DNA from: Opitutales bacterium
Lineage (GTDB): Bacteria; Verrucomicrobiota; Verrucomicrobiia; Opitutales; Opitutaceae
Direction of reading: 5' to 3'
DNA: 38,438 nt
NCBI GenBank assembly: GCA_021772595.1
Contig: JAJFLS010000378.1
Coordinates: 1-38,438 of the forward strand
Below are positions 8,303-17,088 of this stretch, piece after piece (the stretch's first letter is position 1; every line of letters starts with the position of its first letter). A program made the position numbers and the translations under genes. The notes below the pieces were generated by a model. It was not told where the DNA came from. It saw nothing but the letters and a program-made list of their open reading frames with translations, and ran no database searches.

Positions 8303-8358
8303 ATCGCGCGTTTGGGGTTGTCAGGCTTCCGTGAGGCCGTTCATTTTCTGCCCCTTAC

Positions 8359-11300
8359 ATGTATCTGAGCGCACTCAAAGCAAACGGTTTCAAAAGTTTC
8401 GCGGACGCAACGCACCTAAGGTTCGAACGCGGCGTGACCGCGGTTGTCGGGCCGAATGGCTGCGGCAAGAGCAATATCGCCGACGCGATTCGCTGGGTTC
8501 TCGGCGAGCAGAGCGCGAAAGCCCTGCGTGGCGGTAGAATGCAGGACGTCATTTTCGAAGGCACCGACAAGCGAAAACCAGTCAACATCTGCGAAGTGTC
8601 GATCATCCTCACCGATTGCGAAAAGGAGCTCGGTCAGGATTTTCACGAAGTTGAGCTGACCCGCCGCGTGCATCGCGATGGCGGGAGCAATTATTTCATA
8701 AACGGAAAAGCTTGTCGCCTGAAGGACATACAACGTCTATTTATGGATACAGGCGTGGGGCGCACGTCCTACTCGATCATGGCCCAAGGTCAGATCGACC
8801 AGATTCTTTCGTCGAAGCCGGAGGAGCGCCGCGCGGTCTTCGAAGAGGCTGCGGGTATTTCGAAGTACAAGGCGCAGCGCAAAGAGGCCTTGAACAAGCT
8901 GGGCCACGTGGAAACGAACTTGGATCGCGTGACCGATATCATTGGCGAGATCGGTCGGCAGATCGGTAGTCTCAAGCGCCAGGCGACGAAGGCGATTCGC
9001 TACAAGAAATTGAGCCACAAGCTGCGGCATTTGGATGTTGGATACAGCGCTCACCAATACGGCACGCTTAGCCATTCGCTTGGCAACATCGACAAGAGCG
9101 CGGGCTCGCTGCAAGGCGAAGTCGAGGAGTTTCAAAAGGATCTGGGGAACAAGGAAAACAGTCTGATCGTCTACAAAGAGGAGCGGCAGACCTTGATTCA
9201 GAAAGTCCAGGATTCCCAGCAGGCGGTTTTCGATCTGCGCAGCCTGAAGGAGCAGGCGACGAATCAGTCGCACATGGCTGATATCAAGATCAACTCCATG
9301 CGCGAGCGAATCGAGCAGGCTCGCGAGGAGATGGGCTCGTTTGAGGGTCAGATCGGCGAGTTTGCTACTCGTCTAGATGAGCACTCCCAAGACAAGCAGC
9401 TCCACCTAGACGTGCTGGGCAATTCCGACGAAATTTTCCAGGAGCGTAATCGCGAGCTCGCGGAGATCGAGGCCCAGCTGGAATCTGCGGAGCGCGAGAT
9501 CCAGCAGCTCAAATCGCAGTCGCAGGAAGCGGAAAGCCGCCTCCACCAAAGCCGCGAGCAGATGTCTCTGCTGGAAGTCGAGGCCGGTACGAGCTCGAAT
9601 CGATTGGTCCGTCTCGAAGAAGAGCTCGCCGAACAGTCCGATGGCCAGACCGAGGCGCAGAAGGCGCTCGAAACCTTTAACGCGAGCGTCGACGAAACGC
9701 AGCAACGACAGTCCCAGCTTGAAACGGAGCTAGAAGCGGCTCGACAGAATGTCTACGAAACGAGGGACGCATTCCGCGCGGCTCAAACGCGTATTCAGGA
9801 ACTGGATCGAACGGTCGCCCAAAAGACCGCTCGAGTGAAACTGCTCCAACAACTCCAAGAAAAACTGGAAGGATACGGCGAAGGAGCGAAAGCTTTGCTC
9901 AAAGGCAAGATGCAGGGCGATTTGAGTGATCGATCGTTTTCCGCATTGGCTTCGAATTTGTCGGTGAAAGAGGGATACGGCCAAGCGTTGGAAGCGCTGC
10001 TCGGTTCCGCGGTCGAAGCGGTTTCGGTGGGCGATGCGGTTACCGTGATAGAAGTGTTTCGACAGCTCGAGGAGCGCAAGATCGGTCGCGCGTGCGTGAA
10101 GCTGAATTTGGGCGGTCGTTCGGGCGAAGCGACGGAATTGCCGGATTGGTTGAAGCCTGCATCGGAGTTTATCGAATTGGGAGACGGAAACGATGCGTTG
10201 AGTTCCGTGCTTTCCGCCAGCTACGTCGTCGAAGATATCGCGGAGTTTTTGAAATGGTGGGAGAGCAATTCGGATTTCCGGTTCCTCCAAGTCGCCTCTC
10301 GAAAAGGAGAATCTGTCGATAGTCGCGGTCTCGCGAATGGCGGTTACAAGAAGGCCAAGAACTCGAGCATTCTCCAGAGAGAGATCGAGCTGCGGCAGAC
10401 GAGCGAAGAGGTTAAGGCGGATCAGAAGGCCTTGGATAAGGCTCGGGCCGAAGCAGAGAAAATCAATCAGCAACTCGAAGCGTCCGAGGAAGCAGTGGAA
10501 ACGCATCGTCGCGCCATTGGCGAAGCGAGCCAGGAGCTTTCCCGTTTGCAGGCGGAAGCGCGCAACGCGGAAAAGACGCTGCAAGACCAGAAGTTGAAGG
10601 CGGAGCGTCTTGAGCGTGAAAAAGACCTTCTTGAAGAGACCCGTTCGCGAGCGACGGAAAAGCTGGACTCCGCGCGGACGCGTTCTACCGGCGAGCAGGA
10701 AATCCTAGACGACGCCCGCCGAAAACTCGAAGAGATCGAGCAAGGCATTAGCGTTATTAGAGGAACGCGTGACGAGAAGCGGGAAGCGCTTTCGCAAGCG
10801 AAATTCGATTTGCAGGAGAAGAAACAGAAGCTCGACATGCTTGAGCAGGGTCTTGTCGAGATTGAGCAGCGCCGCTCGGAATTGACTCGTCTGATCGAAT
10901 TCAAAACTGCGGATATCGCGCAGTGGGAAACTCAAATCGTAGAGCAGCAGCAGGAGATCGAAAGCGCCAAGGCTCGCAGCGAATCTGTAGATGCGGAATT
11001 GGAGGAAGCGAAAAAGATCGTCGAGACCACTCGCGAGTCGCTGGTTTCGATTGAAGATAAAGTTGGAATACTGGAAAAAGAGCAGACTTTCGTGCGCGAG
11101 AAAGTAGATGGATTGCGTTCGAATCTGAGCAATCAGCAAGTGCAGATTGCGGAAAAGCGTTCTCGGCTGCAATTCGTGCAAGAGGAAATCGAACGCGAGT
11201 ACGGCATCGATTTGCGATTGGTCGATTGGAAATTCGAAATGTGGAAGGCGCGTCAGCCCGTCGAAAATCTGCCGAAATTCGATCTCGACGGGAGCGGATC

Positions 11301-12219
11301 GGACGAGTCCGAGGAAGCGCAAAGCGGTTCTGCGGAAGCGGGCGCCGAAAGCGAGTCCGACGACGAAGCGGCGTTGGAGGAATTTGTTAACGGCGCGAGC
11401 GTCGCCGATGAGGAATCAGCGGAAACCCAGGAAACCGGAGAGGAATTGACTCCGGACCACGCGGTTTCGAAAGGGCCGACTGAGGAGGAGTTAGAAGAAC
11501 TCGAGTCGACCGTCTGGAGCAAAATCAAATCTGAAATCCAGTCCTTGCGCAAACGCGTGAATGGTATGGGAGCGGTGAATACCGATGCGATCGAAGAGTA
11601 CGGCGAATTGCGCGAACGGCATTTGTTCTTGAAAACGCAATACGACGATTTGGTCACTTCGCGCGACAAGCTCGTGGCCGCGATCGACGAGATCAACACG
11701 AAATCCCGCGAGCAATTCTCGGCGACCTTCGAGCAGATAAAAGAAAACTTTAAGCACACTTTCGAGACCTTATTCAGCGGCGGAAAAGCGGACCTGCAGC
11801 TCATCGAGACGGAGGACGTGCTCGAGAGCGGCATCGATATCGTGGCCCAGCCTCCGGGCACGCGCTTGAAGAACATCTCGCTGCTTTCGGGCGGCCAAAA
11901 GACTATGACAGCGGTGGGTCTGCTCTTCGCGATCTACATGGTCAAACCGAGCCCGTTCTGTCTTCTGGACGAATTGGATGCGCCGCTGGACGAGTCGAAC
12001 ATTGGCCGCTTCACAGCGCTGCTAAAGCAGTTCACGTCGCAGTCGCAGTTCATCATCATCACGCACAACAAACGCACGATCCAAGCGGCTAACGCGATCT
12101 ACGGCGTGACGATGGAAGAGAAGGGCGTCTCCAAGGTCGTCTCCATGAAGTTCCATTCGGAGCACGAGGACCAAGATCTCGTAAGTCTGCATATCGAAGA
12201 ACCTGCGGTGCTGGCGTAG
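8359..12219 (+). CDS. smc: Chromosome segregation protein SMC
   Basis: GFKSF; Walker A GPNGCGKSN; Q-loop; long coiled coils; hinge GX6GX3GG (GESVDSRGLANGG); signature LSGGQ; Walker B/D-loop LLDELDAPLD; ITH. Confidence 0.98.
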   Translation: MYLSALKANGFKSFADATHLRFERGVTAVVGPNGCGKSNIADAIRWVLGEQSAKALRGGRMQDVIFEGTDKRKPVNICEVSIILTDCEKELGQDFHEVELTRRVHRDGGSNYFINGKACRLKDIQRLFMDTGVGRTSYSIMAQGQIDQILSSKPEERRAVFEEAAGISKYKAQRKEALNKLGHVETNLDRVTDIIGEIGRQIGSLKRQATKAIRYKKLSHKLRHLDVGYSAHQYGTLSHSLGNIDKSAGSLQGEVEEFQKDLGNKENSLIVYKEERQTLIQKVQDSQQAVFDLRSLKEQATNQSHMADIKINSMRERIEQAREEMGSFEGQIGEFATRLDEHSQDKQLHLDVLGNSDEIFQERNRELAEIEAQLESAEREIQQLKSQSQEAESRLHQSREQMSLLEVEAGTSSNRLVRLEEELAEQSDGQTEAQKALETFNASVDETQQRQSQLETELEAARQNVYETRDAFRAAQTRIQELDRTVAQKTARVKLLQQLQEKLEGYGEGAKALLKGKMQGDLSDRSFSALASNLSVKEGYGQALEALLGSAVEAVSVGDAVTVIEVFRQLEERKIGRACVKLNLGGRSGEATELPDWLKPASEFIELGDGNDALSSVLSASYVVEDIAEFLKWWESNSDFRFLQVASRKGESVDSRGLANGGYKKAKNSSILQREIELRQTSEEVKADQKALDKARAEAEKINQQLEASEEAVETHRRAIGEASQELSRLQAEARNAEKTLQDQKLKAERLEREKDLLEETRSRATEKLDSARTRSTGEQEILDDARRKLEEIEQGISVIRGTRDEKREALSQAKFDLQEKKQKLDMLEQGLVEIEQRRSELTRLIEFKTADIAQWETQIVEQQQEIESAKARSESVDAELEEAKKIVETTRESLVSIEDKVGILEKEQTFVREKVDGLRSNLSNQQVQIAEKRSRLQFVQEEIEREYGIDLRLVDWKFEMWKARQPVENLPKFDLDGSGSDESEEAQSGSAEAGAESESDDEAALEEFVNGASVADEESAETQETGEELTPDHAVSKGPTEEELEELESTVWSKIKSEIQSLRKRVNGMGAVNTDAIEEYGELRERHLFLKTQYDDLVTSRDKLVAAIDEINTKSREQFSATFEQIKENFKHTFETLFSGGKADLQLIETEDVLESGIDIVAQPPGTRLKNISLLSGGQKTMTAVGLLFAIYMVKPSPFCLLDELDAPLDESNIGRFTALLKQFTSQSQFIIITHNKRTIQAANAIYGVTMEEKGVSKVVSMKFHSEHEDQDLVSLHIEEPAVLA

Positions 12220-12268
12220 GCGGGTGTTCTATAGGTTCGCGAATCGTTTGTGGAAGCGGTTCGCCGAT

Positions 12269-12343
12269 TGTAGGAGCCTGCTTGCAGGCGATAAATTCCC
12301 CTGGGTGATGGCGAAGGAAATCGCCTGCAAGCAGTCTCCTACA
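12269..12343. repeat. REP doublet (family A) between convergent genes
   Basis: tgtaggagcctgcttgcaggcgat ... atcgcctgcaagcagtctcctaca. Confidence 0.9.
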
Positions 12344-12357
12344 TTTGAAAAAGCGCC

Positions 12358-12687
12358 TTAGACTTCGGTTTCGTCTTCGACCTTGACCGCGGTGCCGTAG
12401 GCAACGAGCTCGGCCGCTCCTTGCATTACCATCGACGTGGTTAAGCGTGTTCCGACTACGGCATTCGCTCCCATGCGTTTTGCCTCCGCGATCATTCGGT
12501 CGATGGATTGCTCGCGTACTTCACCCATGAGCTTTGAGTATTGGTGAATTTCGCCTCCGACGATTGACTTGAAACCAGCCATGATATCGGTGCCGATGTG
12601 CCGAGCGCGAATGCCGCTGCCTCGCACAAGTCCATAGGTCGCGACGATTTTCTTATTGGGAATACTGTCTGTTGTGGATACGATCAT
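12358..12687 (-). CDS. YbjQ/UPF0145 family protein
   Basis: MIVSTTDSIP...GLVRG...DIMAGFKSIVGGEIHQY...RMIAEAKRMGANAVVG...AYGTAV; 4-nt ATGA overlap with the upstream gene. Confidence 0.93.
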   Translation of the reverse strand: MIVSTTDSIPNKKIVATYGLVRGSGIRARHIGTDIMAGFKSIVGGEIHQYSKLMGEVREQSIDRMIAEAKRMGANAVVGTRLTTSMVMQGAAELVAYGTAVKVEDETEV

Positions 12688-13133
12688 TTTTCGATGTCTT
12701 TGTAAGGATCTTTAGAATACGTGGAGACACGCTTGATAACAGTGAGGATAAAAAGAAGGGCGAAGCCTGAGAAAATGGCGGTTATCAGCGTCTTGATACT
12801 CAGCCCGAAAGGTCCGCTGTTGAAGAGAAAGTTGTAGCCTGCCACTCCCAGAATGATGCCCACGCTTCCCAGGATGAGTGTCCACGCGAAGCGGTAGACG
12901 AAGGTGGTGAAAGGATTTTTCCAGAGTTTTCGAAGTTCCGCTTCGTCTGGCATGTCGAAATGCAGTCTATCCAGTTCTCCGCAAGCTCGACACAATTCCT
13001 CGTATTCGGCCCGTAGCGCGGCGTCGCGCATCAGGAGGTTGTTGACCTCCGCGGTTTCCTCTGGCGAGAGTTCGCCATCCATGAAGCCCATGAGTTGGGC
13101 TTTGCGATCATCGATATTGTTTTGGTCGGACAT
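12684..13133 (-). CDS. Membrane-bound anti-sigma factor (ZAS/zf-HC2-like N-terminus lacking the Zn ligands, two TM helices)
   Basis: LMGFMDGELSPEE...LRAEYEEL anti-sigma-domain pattern, two hydrophobic segments, directly downstream of an ECF sigma. Confidence 0.8.
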   Translation of the reverse strand: MSDQNNIDDRKAQLMGFMDGELSPEETAEVNNLLMRDAALRAEYEELCRACGELDRLHFDMPDEAELRKLWKNPFTTFVYRFAWTLILGSVGIILGVAGYNFLFNSGPFGLSIKTLITAIFSGFALLFILTVIKRVSTYSKDPYKDIEK

Positions 13134-13140
13134 GGCTATG

Positions 13141-13686
13141 CTATTGGTTGAGTGATTCCACTGCGTTTTTAAATGCGGTGCGGGCGTGATAGAGTCGGCT
13201 CATTACGGTGCCGCATGGAATTTGCAGTGTATCGGATATTTGATGATAATTGAATTCAGAGTAATATTTCAGGACGAGTATTTCGCGAAAATCCGGTTTG
13301 AGTGTGGCTAGGGCAGCCTGGATAGACGCGATCGCCTCGGAGTGTTCGAGTTCTCCGCGAGGCGTAGGAGAATGCCGCTGAGCATTCTCGGTTTCTAGAA
13401 TGTCGCGATGCGTCTCCACGGTTTTCTTACGACTGAGCAGATTGAAGCAATGGTTGCGCAAGATGGAGTAAAACCACGGATAGAAGCGATCGAGGCGTTC
13501 TAGTTTGGGTATCGAGACGAACGCTTTCTTGAAGGAATCTTGGCAGGCGTCGGCAGCGTCTTCGCGATTGCCCATAATGCCGTATGCGTGGCAGAAGGCT
13601 TGTTTGCGGTAGCATTTGACGAGGAATTCGAAGCCCACGGCGTGGCGTCGCTTGATGCAGAGTTGTATGGCTTTGGCTTCGTTCAT
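13141..13686 (-). CDS. ECF-type RNA polymerase sigma factor, about 181 aa
   Basis: Region 2 DAADACQDSF...FYPWFYSILRNHCFNLL; region 4 REILVLKY...YHQISDTLQIPCGTVMSRLYHAR. Start taken at ATG 13686 (MNEAKAIQ). Confidence 0.92.
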   Translation of the reverse strand: MNEAKAIQLCIKRRHAVGFEFLVKCYRKQAFCHAYGIMGNREDAADACQDSFKKAFVSIPKLERLDRFYPWFYSILRNHCFNLLSRKKTVETHRDILETENAQRHSPTPRGELEHSEAIASIQAALATLKPDFREILVLKYYSEFNYHQISDTLQIPCGTVMSRLYHARTAFKNAVESLNQ

Positions 13687-13824
13687 TATGTCGTGCGGAG
13701 GATCTTCTACTCTATCAAACCGGAGAAGTCGTTCATTATTCAAAATTGGGTCGATTTTTTTGCCGTTGGATCGCTCCTCCAACTGTTTTGAAGAGGACTT
13801 GCTGTTCGGAAAAGCGCGATTAGC

Positions 13825-14259
13825 TTGGAATCTGTGTTATCCTGGATCCGGCGATTGTTTTCCAACAATGAAAAGGCGACTGCTAGTTCGATTGGCGTCG
13901 CGGGCGAGCGCGAAGCCGAACGTTTGCTCAAGGCGAAGGGGTATCGCGTGCTCGCTCGAAACTGGCGGTCGGGGAAGGACGAGATCGACCTGATTTGCGA
14001 AGATGAGACGACCTTGGTCTTCGTCGAAACGCGCACGCGCCGAGCTGGAGCGTTGGTGGGTGGATACGATTCGATTAACAAGCGGAAGAAGGATGCGCTG
14101 CGTCGCGTTTGCGGGGCGTATCTGGCGAAATTGAAGCCGCCGGTGAAAACCTACCGTTTCGATGTGGTGGGAGTGGAGCACGAAGACGGCGAGATTCTCG
14201 TCGCGCGGCATTTCGAAAACGTTCCTCTATTTCCCAAAGCGAGGGGTCGGGGAGTCTAG
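13825..14259 (+). CDS. yraN: YraN/UPF0102 family putative endonuclease (start TTG 13825 or GTG 13834)
   Basis: GVAGEREAERLLKAKGYRVLARNWRSGKDEIDLI...LVFVETRTR...YRFDVV. Confidence 0.9.
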   Translation: MESVLSWIRRLFSNNEKATASSIGVAGEREAERLLKAKGYRVLARNWRSGKDEIDLICEDETTLVFVETRTRRAGALVGGYDSINKRKKDALRRVCGAYLAKLKPPVKTYRFDVVGVEHEDGEILVARHFENVPLFPKARGRGV

Positions 14260-14339
14260 CGAGTCAATCGGCTTTACAAGCTTCGAAGCGGTGCCCACTT
14301 TGTCGCTTCTTTCCTACATCCAAATTTCAGAACACTGAC

Positions 14340-15881
14340 ATGTCAGAAGATACTCGTCATCCATTTTTGAAAGGCTTGAGCAAGCATCGCGGAGCGCAGC
14401 CGACCGTGATTACGATTTTCGGAGCTTCGGGAGATCTTTGCGCCCGCAAGCTCGTGCCGGCGATCTACAATCTCGCCGTAGACAATCTGCTTCCGGCGGA
14501 CTTTTCTCTCATAGGCTTTGGCCGCAAGCCGATACCGGATGCGGAGTTTCGGAAGCTGGCTTTCGATTCGATCGAGAAGTTTTCTCGTCGTCCGCTAAAC
14601 GAGGACATCTGGAAGCGCATTGAGAGCAAGACCTACTACTGCAGCGGGGGCTACGACGAGCTCGAGGCGTTTAAGGCGCTCAAGTGCAAGGTCGACGAGA
14701 TCGAAAAGGATCTCGGGCGCGAGACTCAGAGCGTGTTCTACATTTCGACGCCTCCGTCCGTTTTCGAGCCGATCATCAAGAATCTCGGCGCGAGCGGTCT
14801 GGCGACGCGCTATCAAGAGGAGGATAGCCATACCAAAGTGGTCATCGAGAAACCGTTTGGAAAGGATCTCGAGTCGGCGCGTCATCTCAACAAGGTCATC
14901 CAAGGCGTTTTTCAGGAGCGCCAAGTGTATCGGATCGACCACTACCTTGGCAAAGAGACGGTGCAGGATCTTCTCGTCCAGAGATTCGCGAACTCGATTT
15001 TCGAGCCGCTCTGGAATCGGCAGTACGTGGACAATGTTCAGATCACCGTAGCCGAATCCCTAGGAGTGGGCACGCGCGGCGGCTACTACGAGCAAAGCGG
15101 CGCGACCCGCGACATGATCCAGAATCACACGATGCAGCTGCTCGCGCTTACAGCCATGGAGCCGCCCGTGTCGCTCGATCCGGAATCGATTCGCGACGAA
15201 AAGGTGAAGCTGCTAAAAGCGATCAAGCCTTTGCGATTGGATTACGATCACGGTGACGTGGTTCGAGCTCAGTACAAGGAGGGCCTGGTCGATGGCGAGA
15301 AAGTCGAAGGCTACCGCCAGGCGGAAGGCGTGTCGCCGGAATCCGAAACGGAAACCTACGCGGCGCTTCGCCTGAATATCAACAACTGGCGTTGGGAAGG
15401 GGTGCCTTTCTATCTACGCTCGGGCAAGCGTATGCCTCGTCGCGTAACGGAAATCGCGATACAATTCAAACGCCCGCCATCGACGCTTTTCAGCGAGAAC
15501 GAGATGCTGAACCTGGCGGCGAATTCGCTGGTATTTCAGATCCAGCCGGATGAAGGCTCTACGGTTCTGTTGAATGCTAAGATCCCTGGCCTGCAGACGA
15601 GAACGCAGCCGGTTAAAATGCACTTTAAGTACAGCGCGACTTTCGGCTCGAATACGCCGGAAGCTTACGAGCGGCTCGTGCTGGACGCGATGCTTGGCGA
15701 TGGGACGCTTTTCATTCGCGGAGATGAAACGGAGGCATCGTGGAATCTGATCTCTCCGCTCCACGAGTTCTGGGCGAGCGAAGGGCAACGCGGCATGGAG
15801 AGCTATGTAGCGGGATCTTGGGGACCCTTGGCGGCCGACCGGCTGCTTTGGGACAACTCCGATGAATGGCGCAGGCCGTAG
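14340..15881 (+). CDS. zwf: Glucose-6-phosphate 1-dehydrogenase, 513 aa
   Basis: IFGASGDL, EKPFG, RIDHYLGKE, RDMIQNH, RWEGVPFYLRSGK, EAYERL; start ATG 14340. Confidence 0.97.
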   Translation: MSEDTRHPFLKGLSKHRGAQPTVITIFGASGDLCARKLVPAIYNLAVDNLLPADFSLIGFGRKPIPDAEFRKLAFDSIEKFSRRPLNEDIWKRIESKTYYCSGGYDELEAFKALKCKVDEIEKDLGRETQSVFYISTPPSVFEPIIKNLGASGLATRYQEEDSHTKVVIEKPFGKDLESARHLNKVIQGVFQERQVYRIDHYLGKETVQDLLVQRFANSIFEPLWNRQYVDNVQITVAESLGVGTRGGYYEQSGATRDMIQNHTMQLLALTAMEPPVSLDPESIRDEKVKLLKAIKPLRLDYDHGDVVRAQYKEGLVDGEKVEGYRQAEGVSPESETETYAALRLNINNWRWEGVPFYLRSGKRMPRRVTEIAIQFKRPPSTLFSENEMLNLAANSLVFQIQPDEGSTVLLNAKIPGLQTRTQPVKMHFKYSATFGSNTPEAYERLVLDAMLGDGTLFIRGDETEASWNLISPLHEFWASEGQRGMESYVAGSWGPLAADRLLWDNSDEWRRP

Positions 15882-15896
15882 AAAAGGAGAACTACG

Positions 15897-16922
15897 ATGG
15901 CTGAGATGCTAGCGACGGAAAAGAACGAGATTTACTGCGAATTGCCGGGATTCGAGGTTCCGGTAGGCGATGCGCTTTGTTCGCTCTCCAATATGTGGGA
16001 CGCGCCTGCTTCATCGGAAGGCGTTCGCCCGCCCTCGGAATTTCGCGCGTCGCGGATGAACCTGATTTTGCATTTCGGCTTTGACGCGTCTCTCGACCAA
16101 GCGAAAGCGCTCTTCCGCTCGGTCATCGATTTTTCGCGCCGCTATCCGTGTCGCATCCTCGCCTTGTGTCCCTCGAAAGACGAAGATGCGACGGGTCAAG
16201 GCATTGTCTGCAAGATTTATTCGGAGTGTTACATTGGTGAGGGGGGCGACGACATGAGCTGCTGCGAAGCCTTGATTTTCGGATACACGCTCAAGGAGAA
16301 GCAGTACTTGGAGGATCAAGTATCCATTTTTCTAGAGAGCGACTTGCCGACTTACTACTGGCCGTATCGATTCGATTCATCGGACAATCTTTCCGCGTAT
16401 CAGTCGTTCTTCAAAAACGTGGATCGGATAGTCATCGATACCGGCGAGGAATCGTATTCGCCGAAACAGTTGAAGATTCCCCAGCCAGAGAAACTGCACG
16501 ATTTGGCTGCCGCGCGAACGCTTCCCATTCGACAGAGCATCGGGCAGTTTTTTAGCACATTATCAGTGGAGGATATTGTCAATGGCCTCGTACGGGTTGA
16601 ATTCACCGCGCCGGTTGCGTTTAAGGCGGAGTCGGAATCGCTCCTCGTTTGGCTTGAAGGCGTGTTGAAGGATTGCGATGAATTTCAGGATGGTGAAGCG
16701 GTCGCGAGAGAGTTCGCTTTTAACGCTTCGGTGGATGCTGAATCGCCTCCTTGGCTTTCTTTTTCCTACGAAAATGCGAATTCTGTGGAGTGCTTTTTGG
16801 ATCTGGATGCGGGGCTCGCTCAGATTAGCGCTCGGATCGATAATGAATCGCACGCGATGACCGCCGCGATCAAGTTGCTCGAGCCCGATGACGCTCTCGC
16901 GGAAGCGCTGTTTTTCGGGTAG
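15897..16922 (+). CDS. opcA: Glucose-6-phosphate dehydrogenase assembly/activator protein OpcA
   Basis: Directly downstream of zwf; motifs RASRMNLIL, YPCRILALCP, CCEALIF, SDLPTYYW, DRIVIDT, DL...R...RQ. Confidence 0.82.
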   Translation: MAEMLATEKNEIYCELPGFEVPVGDALCSLSNMWDAPASSEGVRPPSEFRASRMNLILHFGFDASLDQAKALFRSVIDFSRRYPCRILALCPSKDEDATGQGIVCKIYSECYIGEGGDDMSCCEALIFGYTLKEKQYLEDQVSIFLESDLPTYYWPYRFDSSDNLSAYQSFFKNVDRIVIDTGEESYSPKQLKIPQPEKLHDLAAARTLPIRQSIGQFFSTLSVEDIVNGLVRVEFTAPVAFKAESESLLVWLEGVLKDCDEFQDGEAVAREFAFNASVDAESPPWLSFSYENANSVECFLDLDAGLAQISARIDNESHAMTAAIKLLEPDDALAEALFFG

Positions 16923-16955
16923 GCGGATAATAGCGGTCGTTTGGCATTGAAAAGT

Positions 16956-16980
16956 CGGGACGACGCAGTCGTTCCGCTAC
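16956..16980 (-). repeat. Solo GTAG-type REP (family D, GTAGCGGAA...)
   Basis: cgggacgac-gca-gtcgttccg hairpin followed by ctac; related copy at 21626-21650. Confidence 0.65.
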
Positions 16981-17088
16981 GGGAGATTAGTTGCCATCTT
17001 TTGGCATCCTAGGACTGCGCTTGTCCGGGCGAATGAAATAGATTGATTGTCGAAGACGCCTCAGGCTGACAATTTCATTTTCCGTAGA

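Noticed and set aside
8166-8358. Replication origin (oriC)
   Set aside because: No dnaA/dnaN nearby, no clear AT-rich unwinding element, and by eye no switch in G/C strand bias across the site. Kept only as a DnaA-box cluster.
14109-14339. 77-aa N-terminal extension of zwf in the ORF track
   Set aside because: It overlaps yraN and has no G6PDH similarity; ATG 14340 gives a normal-length enzyme.
16992-17006. TGCCA-N5-TGGCA inverted repeat upstream of lhr as an SOS box
   Set aside because: It does not match the Verrucomicrobia LexA motif as I recall it (TGTTC-N4-GAACA), has short arms and occurs once. I saw no such LexA box upstream of either helicase.
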